From Nemertoderma westbladi (taxonomy: Eukaryota; Animalia; Xenacoelomorpha), in the NCBI GenBank assembly GCA_032718475.1, contig JAUCBJ010006426.1, forward strand, positions 13,498 through 77,497: DNA of 64,000 nt, written 5' to 3'. The translations under genes and the position numbers were made by a program. Shown piece after piece: positions 49,300 to 62,657 of this stretch; the stretch's first letter is position 1; every line of letters begins with the position of its first letter. Below the pieces are notes generated by a model that was given only the letters and a program-made list of their open reading frames with translations, made no database searches and was not told where the DNA came from.

Positions 49300-50461
49300 A
49301 ACTCTCCACACAAAGGAAACTTACCACGATCCTGAGATTCTATCGGTTACTACAAAGTCGCGGTTTCTACAGATGGGAACTGCGTTGCATCGGGAACCTG
49401 GGAGTGGGAAGCAACAGGTTGGAGGGTAGTAGTCGAGGTAACGGGGAGGGAGTTAGTGGTTGGTGGGTGAATGGAGGGGGGGAATAGATATAAATCCCTC
49501 CAACCAGGACGTCATTGCAACATGTGGGTTCAACGGGGGATTTCATTAATATCAATAACTGGTAGGAACTATAAACTGGGAGAACTATAAGGTTACTACT
49601 AACTGGAAGGGGCATTCTGGGCGGGTTTACTGTATTTGGTTCAACTCGAATGGGTCCGGTTGGCCAGCTGACCATGCAAAGCCATGTGGTTTATAGGAAT
49701 ATAATAAAAGAAATACTCGTCTTCATTATAAGCCTCATTGCATTCGTCCTGTTTTGTATTTAAATATATTTCTTAAACGCAGGCTGACGATCTTTATAAT
49801 AATAATAACTAGGGATGCGTTCAACATGTGAAGCCAGGTGGTTTATATAATAATATAGTCAACACAGTACTCGTCTTCATTATAAGCCTTGTTGTGCTTG
49901 TCCTGTTTTGTATTTAAATAACTTTCCTAAACGAAGACTGATGATCTTTATAACTACAGATGCGTTCAATAGGCGAAACCAGGAATGGTTTATAGGAATA
50001 TAATCAACGCATTACTCGTCTGGGCGGGTTTACTGTATTCGGTTCAACTCGAATGGGTCCCGCCGATTGGCCAGCTGTTCGAGTGATAGTACAGTAAAAG
50101 TTTGGTGGACTGGAACCCAAGAGCTGTTGTACGAATACGGGGGCACAGTGGCAGAGTGGGGGGGTCTATAGACTGGGTTGGGGTCCGGGTGGGGAGTCTG
50201 TGGTGTCGGTAGGTGGGGGGGGGAGGATCCATCATTCGTTGTTGGTACAGGGGAGACCTTGTGGAGACAGGAAGCAACTCATGAGATCCCGAGGATCGTA
50301 TTGAGTCCCAACGGGTTGAGAATCGCTGCTGTTGGGTTGAATGGGTTGATTTATATTATAAATTCTGGAACTGGGGAGGTTATCAACCGGATTGAAGGAA
50401 AGGATGGGAGCCGCATCAAAGCTGTGGATTTCTGTAAAGATAAACGGCATATTATTACAGG
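49300..50461 (+). pseudogene. WD40-repeat gene fragment, disrupted
   Basis: WKGHSGRVYCIWFNSNG (49601) and GRVYCIRFNSNGSRRLASCSSDSTVKVW (50021); IVLSPNGLRIAAVGLNGLIYI...IKAVDFCKDKRHIITG ends at donor ag|gtaatt at 50461. Confidence 0.6.
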
Positions 50462-50851
50462 TAATTAATATACTGATATAATAGGCCTCCTTTATTACAA
50501 CAATTACATTAATTAGTTAGGAAGAGGGCCTAATTTAGTATTGTAATTGTACTATCGTAAGCAATAATCTTTAGGGCCTAATATCACTAAAATGAATTCA
50601 TTAATTCATTAATTATTACATTAATTAAATATTACATTAATTATTATTATCTAAATCAATTCAATTTATTTAATAATCTACTTACCGATATTATTTTTTG
50701 TTTTGTATTAAACAGTTTTGTATTAAATTTTGTATATTTTGTAAACTATTTGTATATTTTTCTGTGGTTCCAAACAGCCAATGGTTCGATTGGATAAATT
50801 AGAAAAAACGGCTGGGGCGAGTCATGAAGATAGGTAACTTGGGGAAACTAG

Positions 50852-51020
50852 GACAATTGCCCCATGGACAATTGCCCCCAGGACAATTGCCCCCGAACAA
50901 TTGTCTCCCGATCACAATTGCCACCCGAGGACAATTGCCGCCGATGTAATTTGCCACCCAAGGACAATTGCCCCCGGTACTATTGCCCCCGGAGTATTGC
51001 CCCCAGACAATAGCCCCCCA
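50852..51020. repeat. Short tandem array of ggacaattgcccc units (probable transposon subterminal repeat)
   Basis: About ten degenerate 14-19-bp copies. Confidence 0.8.
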
Positions 51021-52274
51021 GATATTTTATTTAATGAATATATTTTAAATCTTGAAATCCTTTGAATGTTCTTCTATAGTTTTATGAAATTCAAGTATTA
51101 TTAACCTTGAGCAACACTTCTAAACTTCAAATTTTTTTTAGAAAAATCCAAGATTATTTTTACAACAATTTGATTTGATCACAATTTCTAAACTTATTAA
51201 CTTTTGTGTTTTTAAAAATATGCACAATTTTTTTTCTATAATAATTTGATTTTCTTTATGCTAGCTATAGATTTATATTTACTATAATTTCATACATTAG
51301 CAGTATCAGATATTCTTGAAGTAATTCAATTTCCATTGAAATTGTTATAATGGAAAATTTAATTTCCATTTTTTATATAGGCCTATCGGTAGCTAACAGG
51401 TTTTACTTGCCCATTTTTTATTCAATCAGGTTACAGGGTTAACTTCCCACAATCTTGACGAAATTCTAATTTTCTATATAACTGGACCATCGCTAGACAA
51501 TACATACAATTATGCAAGTTTGCATTGCCTCAATATGACTCAGGTATCTCAGGTTTAATTAATAGGCTGCTTGAGATCACCTCCATGGCCACTACTACAT
51601 GTCCACCGTCGCCACCAATCCTGGTTAGTTTAACATGTGGACCTACTTTGTCATTTGATATTTTGTTCCAAAAACCCCTGGATTGTACATTTTCATTGAA
51701 AAATTATATTCTCTATTAATTCATTAAATATTACAAATTAGTTACATTTTTCTTCTATTTTTACTCTTCTATCTATTATTTTTAAATTATTTAGGTCACC
51801 AATTCAACGCATTGGTTCCATGATGTGGCGGACGATCTCGATTGCGTTGTGGTGGAGATTCCTGATCATTCGATGACGCAGTTATCTGTGGTTGCCACGG
51901 CTGCAGGCTGGGGGATTTCAGCCCAAAATCACATGCAGCACGTGGTGGGTGGACTATATGTCTCTAAGAACGGCGAAGTATTCTCGGCAGTGGCTTTTCC
52001 GTACGGGAGGGCTGCAATCATTCGCGACATATTTGCGCCTCAAAGGCTCAAAATTTCAACCCACTTGGGATCCGTCAAGATATTGTTGAAATTTATTTTG
52101 CCTTAATTTTATTTGGAAAATTCTGTGGATCAGTAAAACACTAAAATAGAAAAAGAAGTGAAAAATGCACTGCCCTATTATATAGGCGTACCATATTAAC
52201 TTATAGGCCTAACAGCCTAATACAGAATATATTATGTATTATAGCAGTATAGTAATATATCAATATAAGTAGTA

Positions 52275-52804
52275 CAGTCGGGGAGAAGTTATATTTTCAA
52301 CTGAGTTGAATTTCAACTTTATTTTTTAAAATTCAACTTTTTATTAAAATTCAACTTTTGGAGTAGAGTTTAAAATTCAACTTTTTTTTAAAATTCAACT
52401 TTTGGAGTAGCTTTTGAAATAGGCCTACTGAAATATGGAATTGGAATCCATTACTGCATTACTGGTATTCCATTGCATAATAATTACGTATGATATTCAA
52501 TGGTAATTAAACATTAAATACATCTTATAAATTCCCATAGTATTTCAGCTATATAATTTGCAAATGTAATCACTTAAAATATAAAAAAAAAGTGTTCCCG
52601 AAGGTTAAAGTTTGTATTCCATCAGTAATGAGGGTTAATTTTTCGAGTTACATCCATAAAAACAATGAAAACACCCCTTCTATCACGTCTTGGGGGCCTT
52701 CTGAGCCTCCTGACATTTTAGAGTTGAATTTACAACTTAAAAGTCGAATTAAAAAAAAAGTTTTAAATTTCAACTCAGTTGAAATTTGAACTTCTCCCCG
52801 ACTG
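52275..52804. mobile_element. Tc1/mariner-type MITE
   Basis: TA|CAGTCGGGGAGAAGTT...AACTTCTCCCCGACTG|TA; ~40-bp TIR; internal ttcaacttt repeats. Confidence 0.85.
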
Positions 52805-53159
52805 TAGTAGGCCTACCGGTTGGCTATAAAAATTATCAACTACAGTTTAAGTACTGGTACGGTACTTTCCTGTCTGACCATAATGCTGTAGTATGTCTAA
52901 TAAGCTAAGCTTTGATTTATTATATACGGTATGGGCTTTTTTATATTATCAGTTTTTTAAATTTCATACATTACAGCAATACATTCTTCCAGTATCAGAT
53001 ATTTTTGAAGTAATTTAATTTCCCTTGACTTCTTGAAATTATTATAGGGCCTAATGGAAAATTTTATTTCCATTTTAATTTAGGCCTAACGCTACTGCGG
53101 TAGCTAACATGTTTTAGTTGCCCAATTTTTTTTATTCAATCAGGTTACACTGTTACAGG

Positions 53160-54064
53160 CCAGGTTGGAATTCATGCTGCAAAACTCGGACGCGTACCTG
53201 CGCGAATGACCGCAAACCAGATGCGCATTGCGCGTTTGGGTGAGACAGGTGCGCGTTCGGGTGTGAGACAGGTGCGCGTTGCGCCTCAGCGCGCAGCTCT
53301 GCCTCTGATGCGCACCACAAATTAATTGAAATCACGAAAATACACAAAAATATTTCGCTCGCTCCGCTCGCATTAGTTTCTCATTTCCAATTCTTCAAAC
53401 AGTCAAATCACTTCACCATAATACTGTAATACCGGCAACCGGAGCTGAATTTGTCTATTTATTTTAACTACAGTACTCTATTGTTGTATTGTTATTAGGT
53501 CTATGCTATGCCGATGTTACGTTAGTAAACAGGTAAAGTCAGAAAGTAACAATGTATTATAAGTATGACTTAATTATAAGCCAACTGTATGTTTAAGCCT
53601 AATTGTTAGGTAGGCCTATACAAAGTATTATTGGCAGACTGGTACCTATTTCAATATTCGTTTTTTTGAAATTACCGGTACATGTTTTGTTTGTAATCTA
53701 AAATAATATTTTCTGTTATAAAAGCAGTGAGCCCGATGGGCCACCATAGTAGTGGATTAAAAAAATATTTTTTAATATTAACAATTTTGATGTTGCAAAA
53801 ATTACATTTATTATGTAAGCCTAGATTCAACGTACAGACAGACAGACGTAAAGATAAGCTTAAAACGCTCAAACTTGTAAAATAGGAATGTAAAATTGTT
53901 CTTATGATGAACTGTGCGATTTTTTGAGATATGCATGACATGAGCTGCGCGATTTTGTTTGGATTATGACATATGAAGAGGTGCGCGACGAGCCAATTTC
54001 AGGTGCGCGGTGATTTCAAAACAACAAAGCGTACCTGCGCGCTCATGCATGAATTCCAACCTGG
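53160..54064. mobile_element. Non-autonomous TIR element with 8-bp TSD (hAT-like)
   Basis: TIR CCAGGTTGGAATTCATGC; TSD GTTACAGG at 53152-59 and 54065-72; subterminal gtgcgc motifs. Confidence 0.85.
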
Positions 54065-54306
54065 GTTACAGGTCCCAGGTTTAATTAATAGGCTGCTTCA
54101 TTTATTCAACTAAACTGATGATTAATAAGATTTTAATTGGAATACCATTTCGACATTTTCACAATGAATGTTGTGATAGCAGGGACAAGTGATCCGTATT
54201 CTAATTACCGGTACTTCAGTACTTAAATGCCTATATAACAACATAGGGCTATGTACATGATGTATACTGCAGTACTGGTATAGGCCTACCTATACTTACA
54301 GTACTA

Positions 54307-54751
54307 GGGGCCGTCCAAGTATGACGTCTGCACTTTTCCCCAAAATGTTGACCCCCTCCCTCCCCTAAATCAGATGTCATCAGATAGGCGTTGACCCCCC
54401 CCCCCCCCCCCCCCCCATCCCCTAAATCAGATTAAAAAAAATTTTTGTAATAAACTATTATATTATGAAGATTATTTATAATCACTTGTAAATCATTCAA
54501 ATCGTCCTAATCACTGAAACATGGTGACTGGTAACTGAAACAGAAGGTCGTGCTATGGGCCTTCGGGGGCTTCGAACAATTAAAATAGGCAAGCTATTTA
54601 CTCTTCTGCTATATCTCTTCTAGCACCTATAAATGAACATGCTGACGTCAGATTTTGGCTGAGCCCCTCCCCTCCCCTCATCAGCATGTCATCAGATTTT
54701 CCCAACCCCCCTCCCCCCTCTAAAGTGCTGACGTCATACTTGGACGGCCCC
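54307..54751. mobile_element. PIF/Harbinger-like MITE
   Basis: TIR GGGGCCGTCCAAGTATGACGTC; flanks cta / tta. Confidence 0.75.
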
Positions 54752-55416
54752 TTAGGCCCCTATGCCAGTACCGGTACCTAAATTAATTAATTAAATGTTC
54801 AGATACTACTATGCATGTAGGCTATACAGCTATCAGGGCTCCCACTGGTGCACAATAAAAACGCCTTGGGATCAAAATACCGCTGTGGATTTTAAGAAAG
54901 AGAGAGAGGAATGAAGGGGGGGGGGGGGGGGGCTCCGTATTTTGAAAATTGTCAAATTTTAATGATCATATCATGTGCTGAATTTAATGGAGAATTAAAA
55001 TACACAAGCATTTTTTCAATTGTATACGGCAATTTCATCACAAAGGCACCCAAGGTGCCTTTGTTAATAAAAATGGCTAAAGTTTTTCATGTATATCTTA
55101 GGAATGATATAAAATTTCTAATAATTCTCGAACCATTTCTCGAATAATTCTGACTAAAATCAAAATATGGAACAGAGAGGATCTAAGGCCAGAAAGCTGT
55201 CGAGTAATGTTGGCTAAAAATGATTTGGACTCAGTTTTAATCGAAAAGGGCTTGTTTTGGGCTGTATTGTGTATAAAATGGCCCCAAGTCTATTTCAGTC
55301 AAAATTGCTCGTAGGCAATGGATGTGGCAATGAATAGAATTAAAAATTAAAAAGGAAATAAAAAAATAAAAAAAAACTGAAATATTTTAGTTCTATTGAA
55401 ATTTTAATGTTTTTAA

Positions 55417-56984
55417 CCCTATTAGTACCGAGCTATAAAATGTTGTACAAATACCGGGGGGGCGGGGGTCATACTGACCCCTCCCCCCCCCCCCCCCCCC
55501 CCCCCCCTCTAAAATCTACAAATATTTACGAAAACGTCTGAGTTTTTGTTTGTACGTAGGTATCACTTGTCTGGATCCGACCGAAAAAAAAAAATTTCGA
55601 AAAAATGTACTGGGGTGGTTATATTGCAGCACCAAAATTACAAGTAGTGCACAATTTTCACAAAATTTGAAAGTTACATTTTCGGCTAATTATTTTTCAA
55701 TACAGGTTTTTTGGGGTGCAAAATACATTGGAAAATATTTAAAAATGATATGATTACTATAAATTGCTGTTTAGTCCTCTCTGCGTAGGAAAAAAATGAA
55801 AAAAACAAGTAACCAGCACTTTTCATTTAGAACCAAAAATTTTTAATTCACTTATACGATGCTATAAATTCACATTTTCAGGTTTTCAAGGGCGCTGATT
55901 CTAATGGAATACATTTCTAATATGCCAGATCATTGCTACTTGTATTTTTCGGCGTAATTTGGCAAATTTTGGTGCTAGCAACAAATTTTGTACCCATCAC
56001 CAAAAAGTACAAGTTTGCGATGTCCAGTGCTGTTTTTATTGATTCCATCGGATTCAGGACCCTCATAAACCCGTATAACGCTAGAAACAAGGTGATACTA
56101 TCTACTTATCAATTTGCATATTTTCCAAAATTTGGTGCTGGCACAACAATTTTCACCCGCCGGCGAAAAATACAAGTTTGAGAACTCTTATGAAATTTTT
56201 ACTGATTCCATTGAATTCAGAACCATCACAAACCCGTATAACGCAAGAAACAAGGTGACACAATCAATTGATATATTTGATGGTTTTCAAAATTTGGTGC
56301 TAGCACCACATTTTGCACCCACATCCGAAAAATACCAGTTTGAGATGTCTAGTTCGATAATTATATTTTCCATTGAATTCAGAACAGCGATAAACCTCTA
56401 AAACGCAAGAAATAAATTGTCACAAGTAATTTTATATATTGAATGGATTTTCAAAATTTCGTGCTAGCACCAAAATTTGCACACAGCACCGAAAGATACA
56501 AGTTTGATACGCTTGGTGCAACTCGTATATATTTCATCGAATCCAGAACCCCAAAAAACCCCAATTGCGTAAAAAAGAAGTTTCAAACAATCAATTTACA
56601 AAATTGACTTATTTCAAAATTTGGTGCTGGCACAAAATTTGGCATCCATCGAAAAAAACAAGTTTGAAATTTCTAAATCAATTTATATGAATTCCCTCCA
56701 ATTACTAACACCAAAAAACCGGTGTAAATCAAAAATAGAGATGGTACAATTCATATTTAATGAAATGTAATTTTCAAAAAACGTAATCGTAATCAAATAA
56801 CGTAAAAAACGTGTAATTTTCAAATATTTTTGAAAACGGTTTTCACTACCATGAAGACAATAGATTTTTAGAAAAAGTCATAAAATTTCAGATTCCCAAC
56901 TGCGTTTGTTTCAGAATTATAATAAAAAAACCACGAGGGGGGTCATATTGACCCCCCCCCCCCCCCCCCCCGGGTTTAATAGGG
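55417..56984. mobile_element. Non-autonomous piggyBac-type element with an internal ~163-bp tandem array
   Basis: TTAA|CCCTATTA...TAATAGGG|TTAA; ggtcata.tgaccc subterminal palindromes; ggtgct.gca anchor at ~55971, 56134, 56296, 56460, 56623. Confidence 0.85.
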
Positions 56985-57299
56985 TTAAATGTTAAATTAT
57001 AATATCAATCCTTGTCTTGTAATTGGGGAGGGGAGGGACCAAATCAAAGATCGATTATCAAAGTAAATCTCAAACTAAAAGTTCCCTTCATAACGAACAG
57101 GTGCAACATTAATAGGTGAAAAAAAACACAATAAATTAAAAATAGTAACAAGCTTATCTAAAAATAGTTACTCTTACTAGCATATTATTTAAAAAGATTC
57201 ACAGGCATATCTAAAATTAGTAACATAAATACAGTATGCACGGAAAATATAAAATATTAAAACGGAGGCGAAAATATTGTTTCATTAAAAGAAAAGGCC

Positions 57300-57855
57300 T
57301 TTCCATCATGTACACGATAAAACAATTAATTAATTAACTACATAGATCTATTGAATTTACAATATTGTAACAGGATTACCTCCTTTAGCTTTGAAATGAA
57401 AATGTCCTTGCTGGCGGAGTTTACAATGGTAGAAGATAAATTGTTCCAAATTGAAACAACTCTATTACTAAAGCAATATTGACTGATCTGTAGTCTTGAG
57501 TGGTGTTTAAATAATCTAAAATTGTAGCCTCTTGAACCTGAACTACTGTAATTGCACCAGTGAAGAAAGAATCTGAGTCTAAGTCAACACATTTATTGAT
57601 AATTCAATAAGTAAATTTCAAATCAAAAATTAACCTACACACTTCCAGCGGCTGCAAGTCAAAAAACTGTAAATGTTCTATATAACTACGTTTATCCAAT
57701 CCACATCGAGCAAATATCCTTCGCGGGAAATAAATTTGCACCCTATCGATTAAATCAATAGATCCCAAATTAAAAGGCGACCAAACTGGAGTACAGTATT
57801 CTACTATAGGTCTAACGTACAATTTATATGTAGTTAATAACGCCTTTAAATTAAT
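57300..57855 (-). mobile_element. CR1-like LINE 3' fragment
   Basis: YVRPIVEYCTPVWSP...IDRVQ..F.RRI, plus downstream FSNRVV.IWN.L-like sequence. Confidence 0.75.
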
Positions 57856-57870
57856 ACGTTTCGTAATACG

Positions 57871-60800
57871 TTCGCTCCGTTATGGGTGTTTCCACCGGAA
57901 CTCGCTCCGCGTATCCTTTATCTATAAATTTCTTTAATTGCGTCTTATACATCTCTTTGGCTCGATCGTTGGATGATAAGCGCCGGTGCAGTTGTTCGAT
58001 TCTTTTGATGGCTAAAGGTTGGTTATTAATAAAGCTGGGTTCTCTCCGCCTAAAAGGCAGACAAAAATCGACCCTCCTCCTTAATATAACGAGTAGTCGT
58101 TACTTGGATTTGTGCGGTCGAGCAGGCCGTTTCTCAATGGTTTCTAGCGCTCCATGCGTGTTCTGACCGAGTAATATTTGTACCCCTGGGTAATCTGTTC
58201 TAAATCTGGGGACATTATGTTGCTGGGCAAAGCTGTCCTCGTCCCAGTTATAAGGCTCTACTTGACTAGCAGCAAAGTTATTGATGGCCACCATTTTAAC
58301 TGACTTTATATTGTCCTCACCTGATTTGTCCTGGGGAGTCGACAATGATCCTAAGTAGAAATCTGTAGAAACTTCTGGGCACGCAACTTTCTTTATAAAT
58401 CTGTAGAAACCATAGATTTCCATACCTGCATGATCCCGGAAAGATTCAGTTTGTTTTGGAATCTCTCTTGACCAGCGAATATATCCTCGGCCAAATCTTT
58501 ATCGATGAAAGTGCCTGTACTACCTGAATCAAGGAGGGCATTAACAATAAAGCTCTTACCTTGTCCATGTACCCTAAGCTGCACCACTGGGAACTCTCTG
58601 ATGCCGACAGATGGTTGCGAATCCTTCCATGAGGGCTGTCGATCCAGAATGGGTAGTTGGGGTCAGTCGCTGCCCATAAGTAAGGGCTCGATATACGACT
58701 GTGTTGATCATATAGCAGGATTCATTTTCATCAGAAAACTCATCCGTATAGAATCCTTACATCTCTGAACTCTGATCTGTGTCGTTTACGTCACTGAACT
58801 GCACATGCAGTTCTGGTGTACTTACCTTATCGAACTCGGTGTGCAGTAGGATAGGATGTTTCGCTCCACACTTAGCGTACCTCACGTCTGAGTAACAGGT
58901 TTTCCTTTTATGTCCTCTCCTGAGGCAATTGTAACATAACCTTTAATGCCAAGTTATACTACGTCTATCATTTAATTATTTCCTTAAGAATTCCTCACAC
59001 CCACTCAAGCGATGGGGCCCTTCGCACAATACACACTTAGGTTTGATGTTAGTAACCTTGGTTTGCATGGTGTTTGTCTTCCTTCGGGCTTCCTACCAGG
59101 GGATTCCTTCTTGGGAGATGTAGGAGGAGTTCTAAGTTGTTCTTCCTTGTTACTAGGTCAAACCTTGGGTTTACTTCTGTCCTTACCTTTACTCGTATAA
59201 TAAGTTCTTTCGGTGTCCTTGCCACTTTCTTCATCATAGGACATCACTTTTCTTTACTTGTTTTAATTCAGTTGCAGATGCATCCATACTAGCGTATAGG
59301 CCTAGGCACTTAGGCTACAGCTGTACAGTGTATACACTATTCCAGTATTCAGTGCTCCTTTATACAGTTATATTACGCCATTAGCAGATTAGGCCTGGGA
59401 GCCTGGTCACCAACACACCGTATGACTGTATGATACGGACCGGTATTACAGCCCAGTATTTTTGTATTTCAGCATAGTTCCTGCATATTGTAGCAATTAT
59501 AAGCAGAGCAGTGAATTTACATGTAGGTAGGCTTCCACCCATTAATTTTGTTGACAAGCCGGCACAGCATTCTTAAAAATGCAGCTGCAATGCAGCATGC
59601 CGATCCTAGTAGTAGTAGGCTTCCATCGAATAACTACTGGTATTCCTTTATTTGTATATTACTGTATTACAGTATCAGGCCTACACACTTGCGCCATGGT
59701 GTAATCAAATGTATGCTGACTACAGGACTAGACTGGGACATCCAGACGTATATTACTCATCTCAGACTTAAGAGTGACATAGTATATTGTGTACCGGTAG
59801 CAGCACTATACTTAATAATATATAATATATAGGCATGGCCTCTTATGTATACCCGTCACCGCACAGTATAGTTATATCTATTACATCAATAATCGGTATA
59901 ACATACTGGTGTTATCTTTCTCCTAGTAACAGGTTTCTCACTTACCTTGGTTTCTGGAGTCTTCTCTCTATACTGTTTTATTAGCTGTAAATCTTACCTC
60001 TCCATTTAAGTATGACATAAGGTCCACCATGGTTGGATCTCTCTGATGTTGGTCCATAAAGTATAAAACCTTTTTGTCCCAACGAGTACCTACTCCGCCT
60101 TTTGGCAAAGTTGACGCTACAGCACCTACCACCATAAAACTTTGGTATTCATCAGACTTACCCAACCAGTCTAACTGTCTACAGATCTCCTGAATCTCAT
60201 CGGAAAACACTATAATCCCATTGCTAGGGAACTTCCTAGGCGCTATTAATTTCGCATAAAGATATCTAGCTATGTTAGTCCTATTACCATACCTGATGTT
60301 AAGTGTATACCAGACTTGTCTTAATCCGTCAGGATGTCCAATAAACTTTAACGCCATTAACTTGGGAGGACCTTCCAAGCACTCGATGAGGAATCGTAGT
60401 TTTTCTCCATTGGATAGTATAGAGTTTTGTATGTTATCTTTGTAATATTCATTAAAAGGTAACCATTTCATCTCATCTCAATTAAACTTGACAACCTCTC
60501 CCACTTTTACAGCTTGACGAGCTTCCGTCCTAGCCACCTGACACGTGAAACTCTCTTGAGCCATCGTACTGTTTAATATCGAATTATCGGTATATAAATT
60601 TCTTGGATTATTATCAGATCGATATGGGATATCATTATCAACAGGTTTATTAATATTATTAACATGGTTTACTATAGGAGTTTCTACTTCACTAGCAGTA
60701 TAGATGCGTCTATCTGATCGTACAACCTGAGTCATTGACTCTCTAGCTCTTAAGTCTACATTAGCTAATTCCCTTCTCACCGGGGGGGGGGGGGGGGGGG

Positions 60801-61200
60801 TTAGGTAACCTATGTCCTATGGGCACTCTTCTACGTCCGTTTGAATGGGATTTATTGCTTCTACACTCGGAATCAGTGGTAGTACCCTCGTCCGAGGAAG
60901 TAGTAAATCCATGTCTTTTAGGAGTAGATCGACTTAGGTATTGCATCTGATTTGCTGCCCTTTGTTTACTTAAGAAATCTTGTCTCGCTTGAATGCTCTC
61001 TAACTCCAGGTGTGCATTGGCTTCAGCTGCCCTTTTTTCAACTTCTACTGTGGTAGCTTTAAGTTCGACTTCTGCTGCTGCCGCTGCAGCTTTCCGTTCG
61101 ACTTCCGCCGCTGTAGCTTTAAGTTCGGCCTCAGCAGCTGCAGCTCTTTTCCTATCTTCTATTAATCCTTTCTTTATCTGTTCCTCCTTGTCCAAAGCGA
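57871..61200 (-). mobile_element. Second, decayed BEL/Pao copy (gag-protease-RT start) of a sister subfamily, with internal deletions and a ~650-bp insertion (~59238-59890)
   Basis: Paralogous motifs MAQESFT.Q.ARTEARQAVKVGE, KWLPFNEYYKD, VNALLDSGSTGTFID; no LTR seen. Confidence 0.88.
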
Positions 61201-61501
61201 TGAGAATGTATGTCTTCATCTATTTTAGAATCTGAATGCTAAATGTAATCTGAATGCTAAGCGCATTCGATACAAAATTATCACATTTTAAAATTTACAC
61301 CACTGAATTCCTTGCAAAATATAGTGACATTTCACCTCTTAAGAAAAAAAATTGCTTACGGAAAGAGAAGTTATCTAACTTCTAAAATATTATCAGAATT
61401 AGGCGTAATGGAATGCCAAATTATGTCCTTGGAGGGTTTATTGATTAACAAGTCAGACAGTAGGTATCCTGTGCTGAGCTGTAATAATGTGGTTGACTAC
61501 T

Positions 61502-62657
61502 GTATAGGCAGGCATAGACTATTCTACATACCAGTAGTATACTAATTAAGATATAAGTAAGTTAAACCCTAGTAAATTTACATTCCCTATGCTATAGGTA
61601 ATATGAATCCCATAACCTTCATCAATATATTATGGTATATATCAGAAAAATTGGTATTAAAGCAAACATTGCCAGTAGCATTTCATTGCAATAAGTTATT
61701 TAAGTAGGCCTACTGGTACCAGTAGGCCTGGAATACCAGTATTAAACCTTTGATATCTGAGGCATATCAGGGAATTGCATGTACTTACTAATATAAGTTA
61801 ATGCAATGTCTAGTGATGGTCCAGATAATGTTCTTCTGAATTTTGTAAAAATAATTGAAAGTCAATCCTGATTATAAAAAAGTGTGAGTCAGTCAATCAA
61901 CAGGTTGGTTTAGTAAAAAGTTGGCAAGTTAATGCTAGAATGTTATATATATACCTAAAACTCTAAAAGAGATAAAACACTGATAGCATTGATAATATAA
62001 AAAGGAAAGTACATATATATACAGTAATTATATAAAATACTACTATAAAAAAAGGAAAGTAAATTAAACTGATCAAGTAAAAACTTATCAATGTGGACTC
62101 AGACTGCTTAGTGTCACTGTCTTTAAATGGTACCGGTACTAAAATTATCATGCCCCATCTCACATCTAGTAGCCAGTATTATTTGTCTTACAAATATGAT
62201 TATTATATTTATTACCGGTATTTACTGGGATATGGCTTCTTCAATCGCTATATAACTTTACAGTTTATAAAAGTTGAGTCCAGATATGATATAGTTTATT
62301 TTTTTTTAGTTTTAGAGTAAAAAAAAGGGTATTTCCGCGTTTAGCATCGGTGGCATCATTTTTTTTTGCTACAAAACAGGGCTCTGTGGGAAAAGACTTA
62401 GACATTTTTATCAAAATTCAGTTACTACACAGAAAGGACTCAGACACTTTTGCCTAAATTTCCAGTCTCTACAGGAAAATACAGGGAACAATTTTTTAAA
62501 TTTTTTATTTTTTGTTAAAGAAATTAGTAATATTCAACTGGCAATGATGTACATTAGGGTGAGGCTGGTGCCCCAACTTCTTCAGAATGGGCCTAGTATC
62601 AATCAATCCTCAATGGTCAATTTAGTGGGGGTAGAAACCCTCAAAACTAAAATAGAG
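61502..62657. repeat. Duplicate of 16872-16972 plus 28552-29527, containing the empty insertion site
   Basis: cattccctatgctATAGGtaatatgaatccc is contiguous at ~61581-61611. Confidence 0.92.

Noticed and set aside
50852-51020. CRISPR-like array (also considered for 55940-56760 and 11690-11810)
   Set aside because: Degenerate tandem units without unique spacers, no cas genes, eukaryotic context
1758-60800. Many poly-G/poly-C tracts as functional G-quadruplex signals
   Set aside because: Scattered through unrelated elements with no consistent position; homopolymer lengths are also unreliable in assemblies
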